Origin: an uncultured Candidatus Marinamargulisbacteria bacterium
GTDB lineage: Bacteria; Margulisbacteria; Marinamargulisbacteria; SXXA01; JAHFDB01
NCBI GenBank assembly: GCA_964517775.1
Contig: CAZFCP010000001.1
Span: 115,371 to 179,370, forward strand
DNA length: 64,000 nt
Direction: 5' to 3'
Position numbers and translations under genes: made by a program. Shown piece after piece: positions 1 through 10,009 of this stretch. Within the stretch, counting starts at the first letter, position 1; every line of letters begins with the position of its first letter. The notes below the pieces were generated by a model. That model was not told where the DNA came from. It did no database searches and was given only the letters and a program-made list of their open reading frames with translations.

Positions 1-543
1 CTTAAAGCGAGGTAGTGCATGTCGGAAAAAATGGGAAACAAATTTCGAATAATCAGTGTTTCTTTTGACGGAGTTCTAACATCCAAAATCATCTGATCTA
101 ACGTGAGATTAATCCAAGCTGGCCATGAAATATTAGCCGGAATGGCTGTTTTAGTTGCAGGTTGAAATGAACCTTGCTTCATAACAGCTTTAAAGGATCC
201 ACCCGTTGGCGGTCTAAAAATAGCCTTCACATGTCTGGGAGAAGTTAATTCCGCCGGAAGAGGAGTTGGATGCCCCCTATGACCTCTATTACACAAAATG
301 GCAATAACCGTCATAGGCTGCTCACCAAATAAAACAGGAAACGTAACACGAAAAAAATCTAAGCGAAGTGGTGGCCCATAAACAGGAAGCTCGAGGGATC
401 CCTTAGAAACCACTCTAAAGGGGTGAGTCGGAAGACTGGAAACTTTAGTAACCGTATCACCAACAGCATCAAGAAAAGATTGCAAAATGTTTAACGGATT
501 AAGTACAGAAGAAAGGGAAACAACCTTATACTGAACAGACATG
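1..543 (-). CDS. Hypothetical protein, partial. ATG at 543 on the minus strand; the C-terminus runs past the window start.
   Basis: I translated the reverse complement from the ATG at 543..541 by hand. It reads MSVQYKVVSLSSVLNPLNILQSF... through to position 1 with no stop. It is absent from the ORF track, probably because it is incomplete. I recognise no family. Confidence 0.3.
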
Positions 544-629
544 GTACACCAACGGACTTTCTACATGAGATGAATGAGATATGTACCCTTTGAAAATAGT
601 GTAGCTCAGGCTTTAAAAAAAACAAACCG

Positions 630-1373
630 TTAGGACGGTAAATCGTGCTGGGTTTTATGAAAATCCAAAAGTTTTTTTGCCTGGCCAGGATTAAAATCTT
701 CAAAATCCACCTTAAATTGAATATAAGACGGAACATCATAGATACCAAAAGCAGCTTTACTACCTGAGTCTAAAGTTTGAAATTGTGAGCACAAATTGTC
801 GTATTGACTGGCAACAACATGATCTTGAGGTTGTGACGGAACAACAAAGCTGGAACTACCATCAAAGCCCACCATCATCCACTCTTGCGAAGAGTCTCGA
901 CTCAAGGCGTTGCTCAAAGCCACTTTTATAGGATGCTGACCAAGAATTCTCGACAATGCACCCCATTGCGCCAATGTCGGATCAAGTTGCTTAAAAGACA
1001 TTGCAAAATCAATAAAATCCTGAGTTCCAAACTGTGCCTGAACAAAATTGGCACAAGCGAGTATAACATCTCCATTAGGTCTCGATTTGCTTAACAGGCC
1101 ATACACAACATTAACCATAACATCAGATAGAGGAAACCCCCGGCCACCACAATCATTGTTCAAAGCTGATAAAATCTGACTGGCATCTGCAGGCTTTCTC
1201 AACAGATCATTTACACAGTGAGAAGCCCGCTGCGTAATATCAGCTGTCTGACCTAAAAATCCTTTTAAATCCAAGTCTAATTCGCTTTGAGGAAGAGAAC
1301 CCCCATCCCCCAAACCTAAAAGTTTAGACGCTTTTTTAGAAACAGATGCAGCAAGGATTTTATAAAACATCAA
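630..1373 (-). CDS. Hypothetical protein of 247 aa with no recognisable domain
   Basis: Long ORF in the same orientation as the flanking genes. It has no signal peptide and no motif I can name. Confidence 0.4.
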   Translation of the reverse strand: MMFYKILAASVSKKASKLLGLGDGGSLPQSELDLDLKGFLGQTADITQRASHCVNDLLRKPADASQILSALNNDCGGRGFPLSDVMVNVVYGLLSKSRPNGDVILACANFVQAQFGTQDFIDFAMSFKQLDPTLAQWGALSRILGQHPIKVALSNALSRDSSQEWMMVGFDGSSSFVVPSQPQDHVVASQYDNLCSQFQTLDSGSKAAFGIYDVPSYIQFKVDFEDFNPGQAKKLLDFHKTQHDLPS

Positions 1374-1377
1374 AGCC

Positions 1378-1863
1378 TTAGGCTCTTCCGCCTAATTCTT
1401 TTTCCAACATAATCAGACCCATTGTATTGGTTCCAATCATATCCAGTTTTACTAAAATATCTTTTACCGTATTTTCTTCTTCAACCTGTTCGGTTACAAA
1501 CCAGCCTAAGAACTGTTGAGCTGGGTAATCTTTATCTTTTACAGCCTCATCCATAAGACTGTTAATACGTTTTGTCACACTTTGTTCGTGGCCAAGAGCC
1601 GCTTCAAACACAGCTTTTACCGATTTCCAGGTTGCTTTTGGTGCTGGGATAGCCGGCACAACCACACTTCCGCCTCTATCTACGATAAAGGTATAAATTT
1701 TCATGGCATGAACGTATTCTTCCTGTGCCTGAACACGCATCCATTTCGCGATGCCTTTTAAATTTTTCTCCTCAAAATAAGCAGACATGGCCAAATAAAC
1801 GTGAGCAGATTCCAGTTCAAATCCAAATTGGGTATTTAATGCTTTTTCAAATGTTTTTTTCAT
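1378..1863 (-). CDS. Ferritin-like protein (bacterial non-heme ferritin family)
   Basis: 161 aa. The segment ...YLAMSAYFEEKNLKGIAKWMRVQAQEEYVHAMKIY... carries ferroxidase di-iron ligand spacing (E..EE..H) typical of Ftn. Confidence 0.8.
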   Translation of the reverse strand: MKKTFEKALNTQFGFELESAHVYLAMSAYFEEKNLKGIAKWMRVQAQEEYVHAMKIYTFIVDRGGSVVVPAIPAPKATWKSVKAVFEAALGHEQSVTKRINSLMDEAVKDKDYPAQQFLGWFVTEQVEEENTVKDILVKLDMIGTNTMGLIMLEKELGGRA

Positions 1864-1875
1864 ATAAAATCTCCT

Positions 1876-3963
1876 TTATAAAACTATTTTTTCAAATTGA
1901 GCTACTGATAAATAGCGCTCATTAACATGCGACAAAAAACCTAAACGATTATTTCGTATGACTTCATTATTATCCATTACTAAAACTTTATCAAAATATT
2001 GGGTAAACAGCTCGGATAACCAATAGAGATGCACAAGATCCAGTTTTTTTGGCAATCCTGAAACCAGCTCATACAGCTCTTCTTCAATAGCCTCAGAAAA
2101 ATGGGAAGCATCATACTGAGAATTCGCAGCATTTTTACTTAGACGATTAATACGAACAGCAGTTTCTACGAGTAGTTTAAAGGCTGGATTATACTCCTTA
2201 TCTTCCGCAAGTTTTTTAGCTACATCTTGAGCCTCAAAAAAAGCAAAACAGGCGTTATCCAAAACAGCCGCAACAACATCGTGAGGATAACCGTGAGTAT
2301 CTTTAAAAAACTGAGCAATTCTTTCCTTTGTAAACTGACGGCATTTATCTTGATTGGAGGTTGTGTTTAAGGCTTCAAATCCAAAATCCAGAAGGGCAAA
2401 CAACGAAACATCTTTTTCTTTATGGTCAAGTTGAGGATTATTAGACCCCTCCAGTATGTTAAAAATTCCATAAAGTGCACGTCGAACACCCCAAGGATCC
2501 TGAGATCCAGTTGGTATTAATCCGTTTGAAAAACAAGCTGTGATAGTATCGATTTTATCAGCCAGGCTTAAACAAAAACTGATGTGGTTAGTAGGTTTTA
2601 CAAGTCCATATTGCTGGGCAATCGCATCACGAATTTCAGTATCAACAGGGTTACCAGCCTCAACCTGTTGAATTGAATAATACTTGCTACCCATAATTCC
2701 TTGCAGGTTTCCAAATTCATACACCATATGAGTACTTAAATCAGCCTTACATAAACGAGCCGCTTCTTCCAACTTACTAAGATCAGGAGGATTAATACGA
2801 AACTTAAGATGCCCAGCAACCTTTAAAGATAATTTTTTCAAACGCTCAACTTTATCCCACATCGTTCCAAGGCCTTTTTGGAACGTCGTTTTTTTAAGTT
2901 TTTCAAGATGAGTTTCAAGCGGGATTTTTTTATCTTCTTCCCAGAAAAACTTGGCATCATCGAGGCGAGCTTTTAGTACTTTTTGGTTTCCAGAACGGAT
3001 TACATCTTCATTCTCGGCCGTTACATTTTCAGCCATAATAATAAAACTATTGGTTAATTTATTATCTTTTAGGATCGGGAAATATTTTTGATTTTTCACC
3101 ATAGATTCGATTAAAACTTCCTGAGGAACTTCCAGGTAAGCGGAGTCAAAAGAACCTTTTATAGCTTTCGGCCATTCTGTCAGCCATACCACTTCATTTA
3201 GGAGTTTAGAATCAATACCTACTAAACTGTGATTAATTTTTCTTAATTCATCTTTAATGATGTCCGAACGTTTTTCAGGATCAATTTCTACATGTACAGC
3301 CCTTAAGTGATCGAAGAATGCATCAGAAGCCGCTTCGATTTGAACAGGTTGTCCATGGATAAGATGCTCGGTTTTTGGATTGATACTCAACATGCGGTGA
3401 CCGTAACTTTGACGACCTGCATTGATTTTAAACAGCTCAAAAGGAAGAATGTCCTTGCCTAAAAGACTTACAACCCAGTGAACAGGCCGAATAAAAGGCC
3501 CCTGATTATCTCCCCATTTCATGGCGATGGGAAGTGGCAAGCTTAAAATCGTTTTTTTAATCAATTCCGGTAGTAAATCCTTAGCCAATTCCCCGCCCGA
3601 TTTTTTGTAAGCAAAAAGATAGGATTTCCCTTGTTCGTCTTCACAAAACACATCCGATTCCTGAAGCCCAAAGCGTTTCACAAATCCCAACCCGGGAGGC
3701 AACAACGCCCCGTCCCCATCCATAGCAATAGAGGTCAAAGGACCCTTTATTTTAGCGGAGGATGCCGTACTGGTTTCATTAAGCTGGGAAATCAATACAC
3801 CAAAACGTCTGTAGGTTCCAAATGGTTGAAGCCCTGAAAATCCAAGATTCGCTTTTTCGAGGCTGTTTTTAAGACCTTTTTCAAGGTCTTCCAGCAAGGT
3901 ATCCATAAAACGGGCCGGAATTTCCTCGCAGCCGATTTCAAGCAGGTAAGGCATGGTACTCAT
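1876..3963 (-). CDS. glyS: Glycine--tRNA ligase beta subunit
   Basis: 695 aa. The N-terminus [19 protein letters not shown] is the canonical GlyS start. It overlaps glyQ upstream by 4 nt. Confidence 0.9.
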   Translation of the reverse strand: MSTMPYLLEIGCEEIPARFMDTLLEDLEKGLKNSLEKANLGFSGLQPFGTYRRFGVLISQLNETSTASSAKIKGPLTSIAMDGDGALLPPGLGFVKRFGLQESDVFCEDEQGKSYLFAYKKSGGELAKDLLPELIKKTILSLPLPIAMKWGDNQGPFIRPVHWVVSLLGKDILPFELFKINAGRQSYGHRMLSINPKTEHLIHGQPVQIEAASDAFFDHLRAVHVEIDPEKRSDIIKDELRKINHSLVGIDSKLLNEVVWLTEWPKAIKGSFDSAYLEVPQEVLIESMVKNQKYFPILKDNKLTNSFIIMAENVTAENEDVIRSGNQKVLKARLDDAKFFWEEDKKIPLETHLEKLKKTTFQKGLGTMWDKVERLKKLSLKVAGHLKFRINPPDLSKLEEAARLCKADLSTHMVYEFGNLQGIMGSKYYSIQQVEAGNPVDTEIRDAIAQQYGLVKPTNHISFCLSLADKIDTITACFSNGLIPTGSQDPWGVRRALYGIFNILEGSNNPQLDHKEKDVSLFALLDFGFEALNTTSNQDKCRQFTKERIAQFFKDTHGYPHDVVAAVLDNACFAFFEAQDVAKKLAEDKEYNPAFKLLVETAVRINRLSKNAANSQYDASHFSEAIEEELYELVSGLPKKLDLVHLYWLSELFTQYFDKVLVMDNNEVIRNNRLGFLSHVNERYLSVAQFEKIVL

Positions 3964-4817
3964 GACAAGGGCTCCAAAGAGGCTTCGGCACAGGCTTTGG
4001 CCAGTTTTCTGATACGCAAAATGTACTCGGTGCGTTCGGTTACGGAAATGGCGCCTCGGGCGTCAAGCAGATTGAACAGGTGCGAGCATTTCAAACAGGC
4101 ATCATAGGCCGGAGCGACCAGGTTATGCTGAAGGATGTCTTTGGTTTCCTGCTCGTATAAATCAAATAATTGTAATAAACGCGGGATGCTGGCATGCTCA
4201 AAATTATAATAACAGTGCTGAATTTCAGAGGTTTTATAAATATCCCCGTAGGTAACTGTTGTGTCGCCGTGCTGCTGCCAGATAATATCCAGAATGCTGT
4301 CTTTTTTCTGAATAAACATAGCCAGACGCTCGATACCATACGTAATTTCTACGGAAATAGGGTTAAGATCAATCCCGCCGCATTGCTGAAAATAGGTAAA
4401 CTGAGTCACTTCCATCCCATCCAGCCACACTTCCCAGCCCACACCCCAGGCTCCTAAAGTGGGAGATTCCCAGTTGTCTTCAACAAATCGAATATCATGA
4501 TTCAGACGGCGGATACCCAGATTTTCCAGGCTTTCCACGTACAAATCCTGAACATTTAACGGAGACGGTTTTAAAATAACCTGAAATTGAAAATAATGCT
4601 GAAGCCGGTTCGGATTGGTGGCATAACGCCCATCCGTAGGTCGTCTGGAAGGCTCTACATAAGCCACGTTCCATGGCGTTGGCCCAAGCACCCGTAAAAA
4701 TGTATGCGGACTCATGGTTCCGGCACCTTTTTCGGTGTCGTAAGGATGTACAATCAAACAGCCTTTTTCGCTCCAAAATTGCTGCAGTTTTAATATAATT
4801 TCCTGGAAGGTCAACAT
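3960..4817 (-). CDS. glyQ: Glycine--tRNA ligase alpha subunit
   Basis: 285 aa. It starts [42 protein letters not shown], which is the highly conserved GlyQ sequence. Confidence 0.92.
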   Translation of the reverse strand: MLTFQEIILKLQQFWSEKGCLIVHPYDTEKGAGTMSPHTFLRVLGPTPWNVAYVEPSRRPTDGRYATNPNRLQHYFQFQVILKPSPLNVQDLYVESLENLGIRRLNHDIRFVEDNWESPTLGAWGVGWEVWLDGMEVTQFTYFQQCGGIDLNPISVEITYGIERLAMFIQKKDSILDIIWQQHGDTTVTYGDIYKTSEIQHCYYNFEHASIPRLLQLFDLYEQETKDILQHNLVAPAYDACLKCSHLFNLLDARGAISVTERTEYILRIRKLAKACAEASLEPLS

Positions 4818-4827
4818 GGGTTAAAAA

Positions 4828-5559
4828 TTATAGCCCAAGTTTATGCTTTAGGCTACTCAGGTTCATGGTTACCATATTGAAAAACACCTGATACGGATCC
4901 CGAATTCCGTCAAACGGCAACGCCTGACACATCGTGGCTGGAGGAGCATCGGTTTTAAAAATCATGACCTTTTTCAGCCACCTGAACCGGTTAATATACG
5001 CCAGCCTGTTTGTATCAAACGTATGATTTTTAGGATAGTGAAGAATCAACATCAGGTTAAATTGTTTGGCAAACTCATGCACATCAGGCAAAAATTCCAG
5101 CTCCCCTTCCCGAATCTGGTAATGAAGACTAACCTGTTTGTTTTGCCTCAATAACGTATAAACCATGGCTTTCCAGTCTTCGAAACCGTTTTCACCGGTA
5201 ATGGATTTGAAAAGGTCTTTATCTGGACTTGGAAAATAAATGTGAACAAAGTCGATTTTTGAGATCAGCGCGATATGCTCGGGTTTTACAGCCAATCCGT
5301 TTGTCCAAACAGCCGACCGCTTTCGATTTGACCGTATAAGATCCAGTAACGGGCCAAGTTGTGGGGATAAAAACGGATCGCCTCCCACAATATGAATCAG
5401 CTGTTTCTTATTAAAAAATTTAAACAGAAGCTTCTTCTGAATCAGCGTTTTCATATGGTCGGAATAGCTGTCAGCCTCTGTTTTCCACAGCTCGCAAAAC
5501 GTGCAGCGCAAATTACAAACCGGCTCAAGAACAATAAACTCTTGCGAAAAAGAAATCAT
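4828..5559 (-). CDS. Small radical SAM protein, possibly QueE-like; function uncertain
   Basis: CNLRCTFC, a CX3CX2C radical-SAM cluster motif, lies at residues 15-22. HIVGGDPFL resembles the QueE GGEPLL motif. Size is 243 aa. Confidence 0.55.
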   Translation of the reverse strand: MISFSQEFIVLEPVCNLRCTFCELWKTEADSYSDHMKTLIQKKLLFKFFNKKQLIHIVGGDPFLSPQLGPLLDLIRSNRKRSAVWTNGLAVKPEHIALISKIDFVHIYFPSPDKDLFKSITGENGFEDWKAMVYTLLRQNKQVSLHYQIREGELEFLPDVHEFAKQFNLMLILHYPKNHTFDTNRLAYINRFRWLKKVMIFKTDAPPATMCQALPFDGIRDPYQVFFNMVTMNLSSLKHKLGL

Positions 5560-5611
5560 ATAGTATATATTTTTTATTTAATATTATTTTTTAACGTCAT
5601 GGAGATAATCG

Positions 5612-6238
5612 ATGCAAAAACTCACAATCGACCATACTACCATCACCTGCAATAACCATACTCTACCCGTTTCCGTTTATCAATTTCTAAGTAACGAGAA
5701 AGTTCAAGCAGAAAGTCTGCATCATATTCAACCCAACATACCGCTTCTTTTACAGTTTTCAAAAACAGTATCCGTACATCAAAAACAAGCTATAAAATCT
5801 TTACTTTTGGATAAAGGCCATTTTCTATATCTTGATTGGCTGAAACGAAAAGTAATACTGGCCAGCCTCATTATTCTGATTGGATCAGGAATTATCGGGA
5901 GTGTGTGCATTAGCCTCAAAAATAAAATGCAGAATGAGAAAATGCAACAGCAAAACAATCCCAAAACACCTCGACATACTCTAAATGAAACCTATCAAAA
6001 CAACACCATTTTAAGCCAAACTGCCGAGTTATTATCCGCACCAGGAACCATCGAATTAATCTCCGTCACCCCTCAAAAAATCATCGTTAAATCGTTTGTC
6101 AGCAAAGCAGACTGGGATGCCTGGGTTCGTCATATGGACGCCCTGTCTTTCGGAAAAAACGTCACCTGGGACACCTCCAAAAACATCATTTCAGATGAAT
6201 TCAGCACCATTTTTTTAATGGGAGACACTCGTGGATGA
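5612..6238 (+). CDS. Hypothetical single-pass membrane protein in the operon with the secretin
   Basis: 208 aa with a central hydrophobic helix (VILASLIILIGSGIIGSVCISL). It overlaps the next ORF by 8 nt. The topology is like PilN/PilO assembly proteins, but there is no sequence-level identification. Confidence 0.4.
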   Translation: MQKLTIDHTTITCNNHTLPVSVYQFLSNEKVQAESLHHIQPNIPLLLQFSKTVSVHQKQAIKSLLLDKGHFLYLDWLKRKVILASLIILIGSGIIGSVCISLKNKMQNEKMQQQNNPKTPRHTLNETYQNNTILSQTAELLSAPGTIELISVTPQKIIVKSFVSKADWDAWVRHMDALSFGKNVTWDTSKNIISDEFSTIFLMGDTRG

Positions 6239-6575
6239 ACTGTATCCGTCATTAACAGCACTCGCTGCATCCATTATCATCGGACTTTACTGCATACTCT
6301 ACCCGCTTTACGACATTTACGAACTCAAACATGAAAAACCTCCAGTCATCGTAAAAACAGAATCTTCACCTGAAAAAAAATTATCGTTACTCAGGTCAGT
6401 ATGTACGTATACCTACAATCCGACCTTAAAAGAAGTCTGTATCGCCATTCCTCAAACAGACCCTGGCGTTTTTTTTAAAACTCTGGATGACACCTTTAAA
6501 AGAATTCAATTATCGCCAGTTCAAGCCGTCGTTGTGCCCGATAAAGGAGGTTTGCTTTATGTTCGATTTAAGTAA
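6231..6575 (+). CDS. Hypothetical small membrane protein in the secretin operon
   Basis: 114 aa with an N-terminal transmembrane helix (LTALAASIIIGLYCILYPLY). It is translationally coupled to both neighbours. Confidence 0.35.
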   Translation: MDELYPSLTALAASIIIGLYCILYPLYDIYELKHEKPPVIVKTESSPEKKLSLLRSVCTYTYNPTLKEVCIAIPQTDPGVFFKTLDDTFKRIQLSPVQAVVVPDKGGLLYVRFK

Positions 6576-7536
6576 AAAAACAGCCCTTTTTTTAGTGATG
6601 ATGTTTATGATGATTCGACCAGGAATCAGGATAGAGGCCCAACCTGTCATACGATACGAAAACAAGTTCAATTCCGACCTTATTTCAAAACTCAAACAGG
6701 AAAACCCGTCACTTTCAAACAAAGGAACCTCCAAAATCATTCATTTAACCTATGCAGATCCCAAATGGGTTGCCGATGCGTTAAAGCAACTTTGGCCATC
6801 ACTCGTCATTGCCACAGATACAAGAACCCGATCTCTAACCCTGATTCTGGAAGATGGATTGTTTCAAAAATTAAAACCCATCATTCGTGCCTGGGACAAA
6901 CCTGGTCCTCAACACAGTATCGAAGTCAAAGTGATAGAAATAGACTCTAAAACCATCAAAAATGAAACTGGCCCCCTAGCCCGACTTTTGGATTCTACAC
7001 AGCTACTTCAGGATGGATTTTCATTTTCATACGACATTAATTCCGAAATTTCCGCCATGCTGGATTCCGGCACCGCAAAACTGCTGGCAAAACCGGTTCT
7101 CACCACCATTGATTTACAAAAAGCTGTGGTACGCGTAGGCGAAAAAGTACCGTATCTCACCCATATTATCCACGAGAAATATATCGCCGAAGAAATACAT
7201 CAGGTAGACACCGGAGTCGATTTGGAAATTCTCCCAAGAAGCGTATCCGAAAATCAGGTTTTAACCGATATCCAGGCCAGGGTTTCCTCCGTAAAAAACT
7301 GGGAAGCGCTAGGCAGTAGCCGGTATCCAATTTTATCGTCCCGCTACGTAGAAACCCATGTCGTTCTTAAAAAAGGCCAAACGTTAGCCATCGCCGGCCT
7401 TTACGACGAACAGGAAAAAGAAAGCAAACAAGGCGTTTTAGGCCTATCCGAACTTCCATTTATCGGCTTTTTGTTCACATCCAAACAACAGGAACAGAAA
7501 AAAACAGACATCGTCTTTCTCATCACCCTACTATAA
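6559..7536 (+). CDS. Secretin (type II/III secretion system / PilQ-like outer-membrane channel), short form
   Basis: The C-terminal secretin motif is ...GQTLAIAGLYDEQEKESKQGVLGLSELPFIGFLFTSKQQEQKKTDIVFLITL. A signal peptide is present (MFDLSKKTALFLVMMFMMI). I moved the start to the ATG at 6559, which has an AAGGAGG Shine-Dalgarno 9 nt upstream. The track ORF begins at 6487. Confidence 0.65.
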   Translation: MFDLSKKTALFLVMMFMMIRPGIRIEAQPVIRYENKFNSDLISKLKQENPSLSNKGTSKIIHLTYADPKWVADALKQLWPSLVIATDTRTRSLTLILEDGLFQKLKPIIRAWDKPGPQHSIEVKVIEIDSKTIKNETGPLARLLDSTQLLQDGFSFSYDINSEISAMLDSGTAKLLAKPVLTTIDLQKAVVRVGEKVPYLTHIIHEKYIAEEIHQVDTGVDLEILPRSVSENQVLTDIQARVSSVKNWEALGSSRYPILSSRYVETHVVLKKGQTLAIAGLYDEQEKESKQGVLGLSELPFIGFLFTSKQQEQKKTDIVFLITLL

Positions 7537-7540
7537 AAAA

Positions 7541-7582
7541 AGAAGCTCTCGAATAGGGGGGGATCTTCGAGAGCTTTTTTTT
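7541..7582 (+). terminator. Rho-independent terminator after the secretin gene
   Basis: gaagctctcgaa...ttcgagagctt is a perfect 11-bp stem. It is followed by a run of 9 T. Confidence 0.65.
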
Positions 7583-7744
7583 TACCCAATTTATACCTGA
7601 AAACAGGTTTTATTTTCCAAACAGTTGTGGGTAGATCTACAAGAATTATAAATGAAAATTGTTGTTTGTCAATTCTACCTAAAATGAGCGTAAAGACACC
7701 TCTACATTTTGATTCAAAAATAAAAAAATCACTAAGGACAAACC

Positions 7745-8326
7745 ATGACTAAAGACATAACAAAAATTGACCATTTGAAAACAAAAATCCATACCATTCG
7801 CGGTGTCAAAGCAATTTTGGATAGAGATTTAGCATATTTATATCAAGTAGAAACCAAAGTATTAAACCAAGCTGTGAAAAGAAATTTCGATCGATTTCCA
7901 GAAGACTTTATGTTTCAAATTAACACTTTAGAATTCGAAAATTTGAAGTCACAAATTGTGACATCAAGCTGGGGAGGAACAAGAAAACTACCTTACGCCT
8001 TTACAGAACACGGGGTAGCGATGCTGTCCTCTGTACTTCACAGTGGAATCGCCATCGAAATTAATATCCGAATTATGCGGGCATTTGTGGAACTTAGAAA
8101 ATCGATTTCAATTAATCCTGAATATGAACAGCTTAAGGAAAAAATTCAGCGGATTGAATCTCAAATGGAAACTATGGCGACTGGCAATATGGTTGATGGA
8201 ATACTCCTTGAGAAAAAACTGGCGGTTATGAATGCGGATATTCGTCGGGTTTCTGAAACGTTAGATGGATTTCAGGATGGTTATATTGTGATTAAGCGAC
8301 CAGAGGATGGGTTGGAGAAAGGCTAA
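7745..8326 (+). CDS. ORF6N domain protein (phage antirepressor / KilA-N-like DNA-binding family)
   Basis: [41 protein letters not shown] matches the ORF6N signature. Confidence 0.65.
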   Translation: MTKDITKIDHLKTKIHTIRGVKAILDRDLAYLYQVETKVLNQAVKRNFDRFPEDFMFQINTLEFENLKSQIVTSSWGGTRKLPYAFTEHGVAMLSSVLHSGIAIEINIRIMRAFVELRKSISINPEYEQLKEKIQRIESQMETMATGNMVDGILLEKKLAVMNADIRRVSETLDGFQDGYIVIKRPEDGLEKG

Positions 8327-8413
8327 GAAAATTTATGAGAAAAGAACTCCTTAATCTTTACACACAGAAATTATACGCCATTGACGGATATACGCTAAAA
8401 GCGTACATTAAAA

Positions 8414-8686
8414 ATGAATAAATTTGAATGGGATGAAACAAAACGAAATTCAAATATCAAAAAACACAAAATTGACTTCATTTTAGCCATTCAGGTTTTT
8501 AACGATATAAACCGTATTGAATGGTCCACAGAAAATAATGGAGAGATCCGAACCATTACCATTGGTAAAATTCAGGGCGACATAATCATTATAATTTGTG
8601 TCGTATGGACAAAAAGAGGAACAAAAAAACGCATTATTTCTGCAAGGAGAGCCAGTCAAAATGAAAGAAAAACATATGAAGGATAA
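8414..8686 (+). CDS. brnT: BrnT-family toxin (type II toxin-antitoxin ribonuclease)
   Basis: MNKFEWDETKRNSNIKKHKIDF matches the BrnT N-terminal signature (F-W/E-WD-x-K-x-x-N-x-x-KHG/K-I/V-x-F). Size is 90 aa. Confidence 0.7.
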   Translation: MNKFEWDETKRNSNIKKHKIDFILAIQVFNDINRIEWSTENNGEIRTITIGKIQGDIIIIICVVWTKRGTKKRIISARRASQNERKTYEG

Positions 8687-9014
8687 AACAAACTGGAACG
8701 CTCTAAAAAATATGACTGAAACAGATATAAAAACAGCCGCAAAATCAGACCCCGACGCCCCATTACTTACTAATAATCAACTTAAACAATTCAAACGTGT
8801 TAATCCGGTAGAAGATATTGATGTTCAAAAGATCAGAAGCAAACTGCATCTTTCACAAGAAAAATTTGCACTCTTTTTTGGTGTAAGCAAACGAACTATT
8901 CAGGAATGGGAGCAGCATAGAAAGCGACCCAATGCGACATCACGAAATTTTTTGAGGGTAGTTGAGTATGCTCCAGATGTTGTGCAAAAGGCATTAGAGA
9001 AAAAAAGTAATTAA
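8661..9014 (+). CDS. brnA: BrnA-like antitoxin (HTH), overlapping brnT
   Basis: It sits downstream of brnT and overlaps it. The C-terminus ...KRTIQEWEQHRKRPNATSRNFLRVVEY is the BrnA-type HTH signature. I chose the start at ATG 8661 (MKEKHMKDK...). The track ORF begins at 8598 inside brnT. Confidence 0.6.
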   Translation: MKEKHMKDKTNWNALKNMTETDIKTAAKSDPDAPLLTNNQLKQFKRVNPVEDIDVQKIRSKLHLSQEKFALFFGVSKRTIQEWEQHRKRPNATSRNFLRVVEYAPDVVQKALEKKSN

Positions 9015-9392
9015 TTGGGTGAATGAAGGGCTAAATGGTGTAAAAACAGCTCGACATTATGCTATTTAAAACACTATAGAATATTGAGAATTAATATGGG
9101 TACAGCGTGGACATATCAATAAAACGTGTCCATAATTCTTATATTTTTGGACACATTTCACACAAATCACCTATCTCCTTACCCTCAGTCCTTATCCTTA
9201 TCAAAAATTGTATGGAAATTCTTTAGCTTTGAAATACAAAAAGGAGAAAGGGGAGGAGAAAGAATCAAAAATTTCTCTATGTTCAATTTTTGATGGTGGG
9301 GCAATCAGGACAGAATTACGCTCCTAATCGGCTGCTATTTTACATTAATTTGTATTCGAAAGTGTTAAAAGTGGCCTAGTATAAACTTACAC

Positions 9393-10007
9393 TCATGTTG
9401 TTTCTTCGAATATTACGGCATAAACTTTCTGATCCGGATTCATAAATTCTACAAAAACTAACACCCCATTTTTTCCAGGAAAAAGCCAAATTACATGCTG
9501 ATTAAGCAGAGTTTTTATTTCCTGAATCCATATCTTCATTTTTTGAACAAAAGTATCAAGATCTATATTTTTTCCAGAATACGGATTCCAAGCATGCAAA
9601 AAATCTTGGGTTTCCTGAAAAACAGATTCTAAATCTACTTCTAAGAGAAAGCCTTCTGTTCTTTGCTGCAAGTGGCTTAATTTTCCATTGCTGAAACTAC
9701 AAATTTTGGGTTCAGGATAATATTTAGGATTAATTTTTCTAATACTTTCCAGTATCTTAGTAAAATTCCAGTCGGTAGCATAACTTTTTCTTTTCTCTTC
9801 GTACTCCTTTCGATGAGCTGTTAGAGAAGAAAATGCTATTAATTCAAATATTTTTCTAAATTGAAGGCATAAAAACTCAATATCCGTAAACATCGACATG
9901 GTCTTATGGACACTTGGATTCAAAAGAAAATAGTCAATTATGTAGACTCTTTTTTTAATTTCTTCCATACAATCACAGTATTTTGACAAATCTTTTTGAT
10001 TGCTCAT
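9393..10007 (-). CDS. Hypothetical 204-aa protein, translationally coupled to Fic (2-nt gap)
   Basis: ATG at 10007..10005 follows an AAGGGG Shine-Dalgarno 7 nt upstream, located inside the 3' end of fic. I recognise no domain. Confidence 0.5.
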   Translation of the reverse strand: MSNQKDLSKYCDCMEEIKKRVYIIDYFLLNPSVHKTMSMFTDIEFLCLQFRKIFELIAFSSLTAHRKEYEEKRKSYATDWNFTKILESIRKINPKYYPEPKICSFSNGKLSHLQQRTEGFLLEVDLESVFQETQDFLHAWNPYSGKNIDLDTFVQKMKIWIQEIKTLLNQHVIWLFPGKNGVLVFVEFMNPDQKVYAVIFEETT

Positions 10008-10009
10008 TT

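Noticed and set aside
491..1094. Small ORFs 491..748 (-) and 885..1094 (+)
   Set aside because: They lie inside or overlap the 630..1373 ORF in other frames. Their composition is low-complexity with no start signals.
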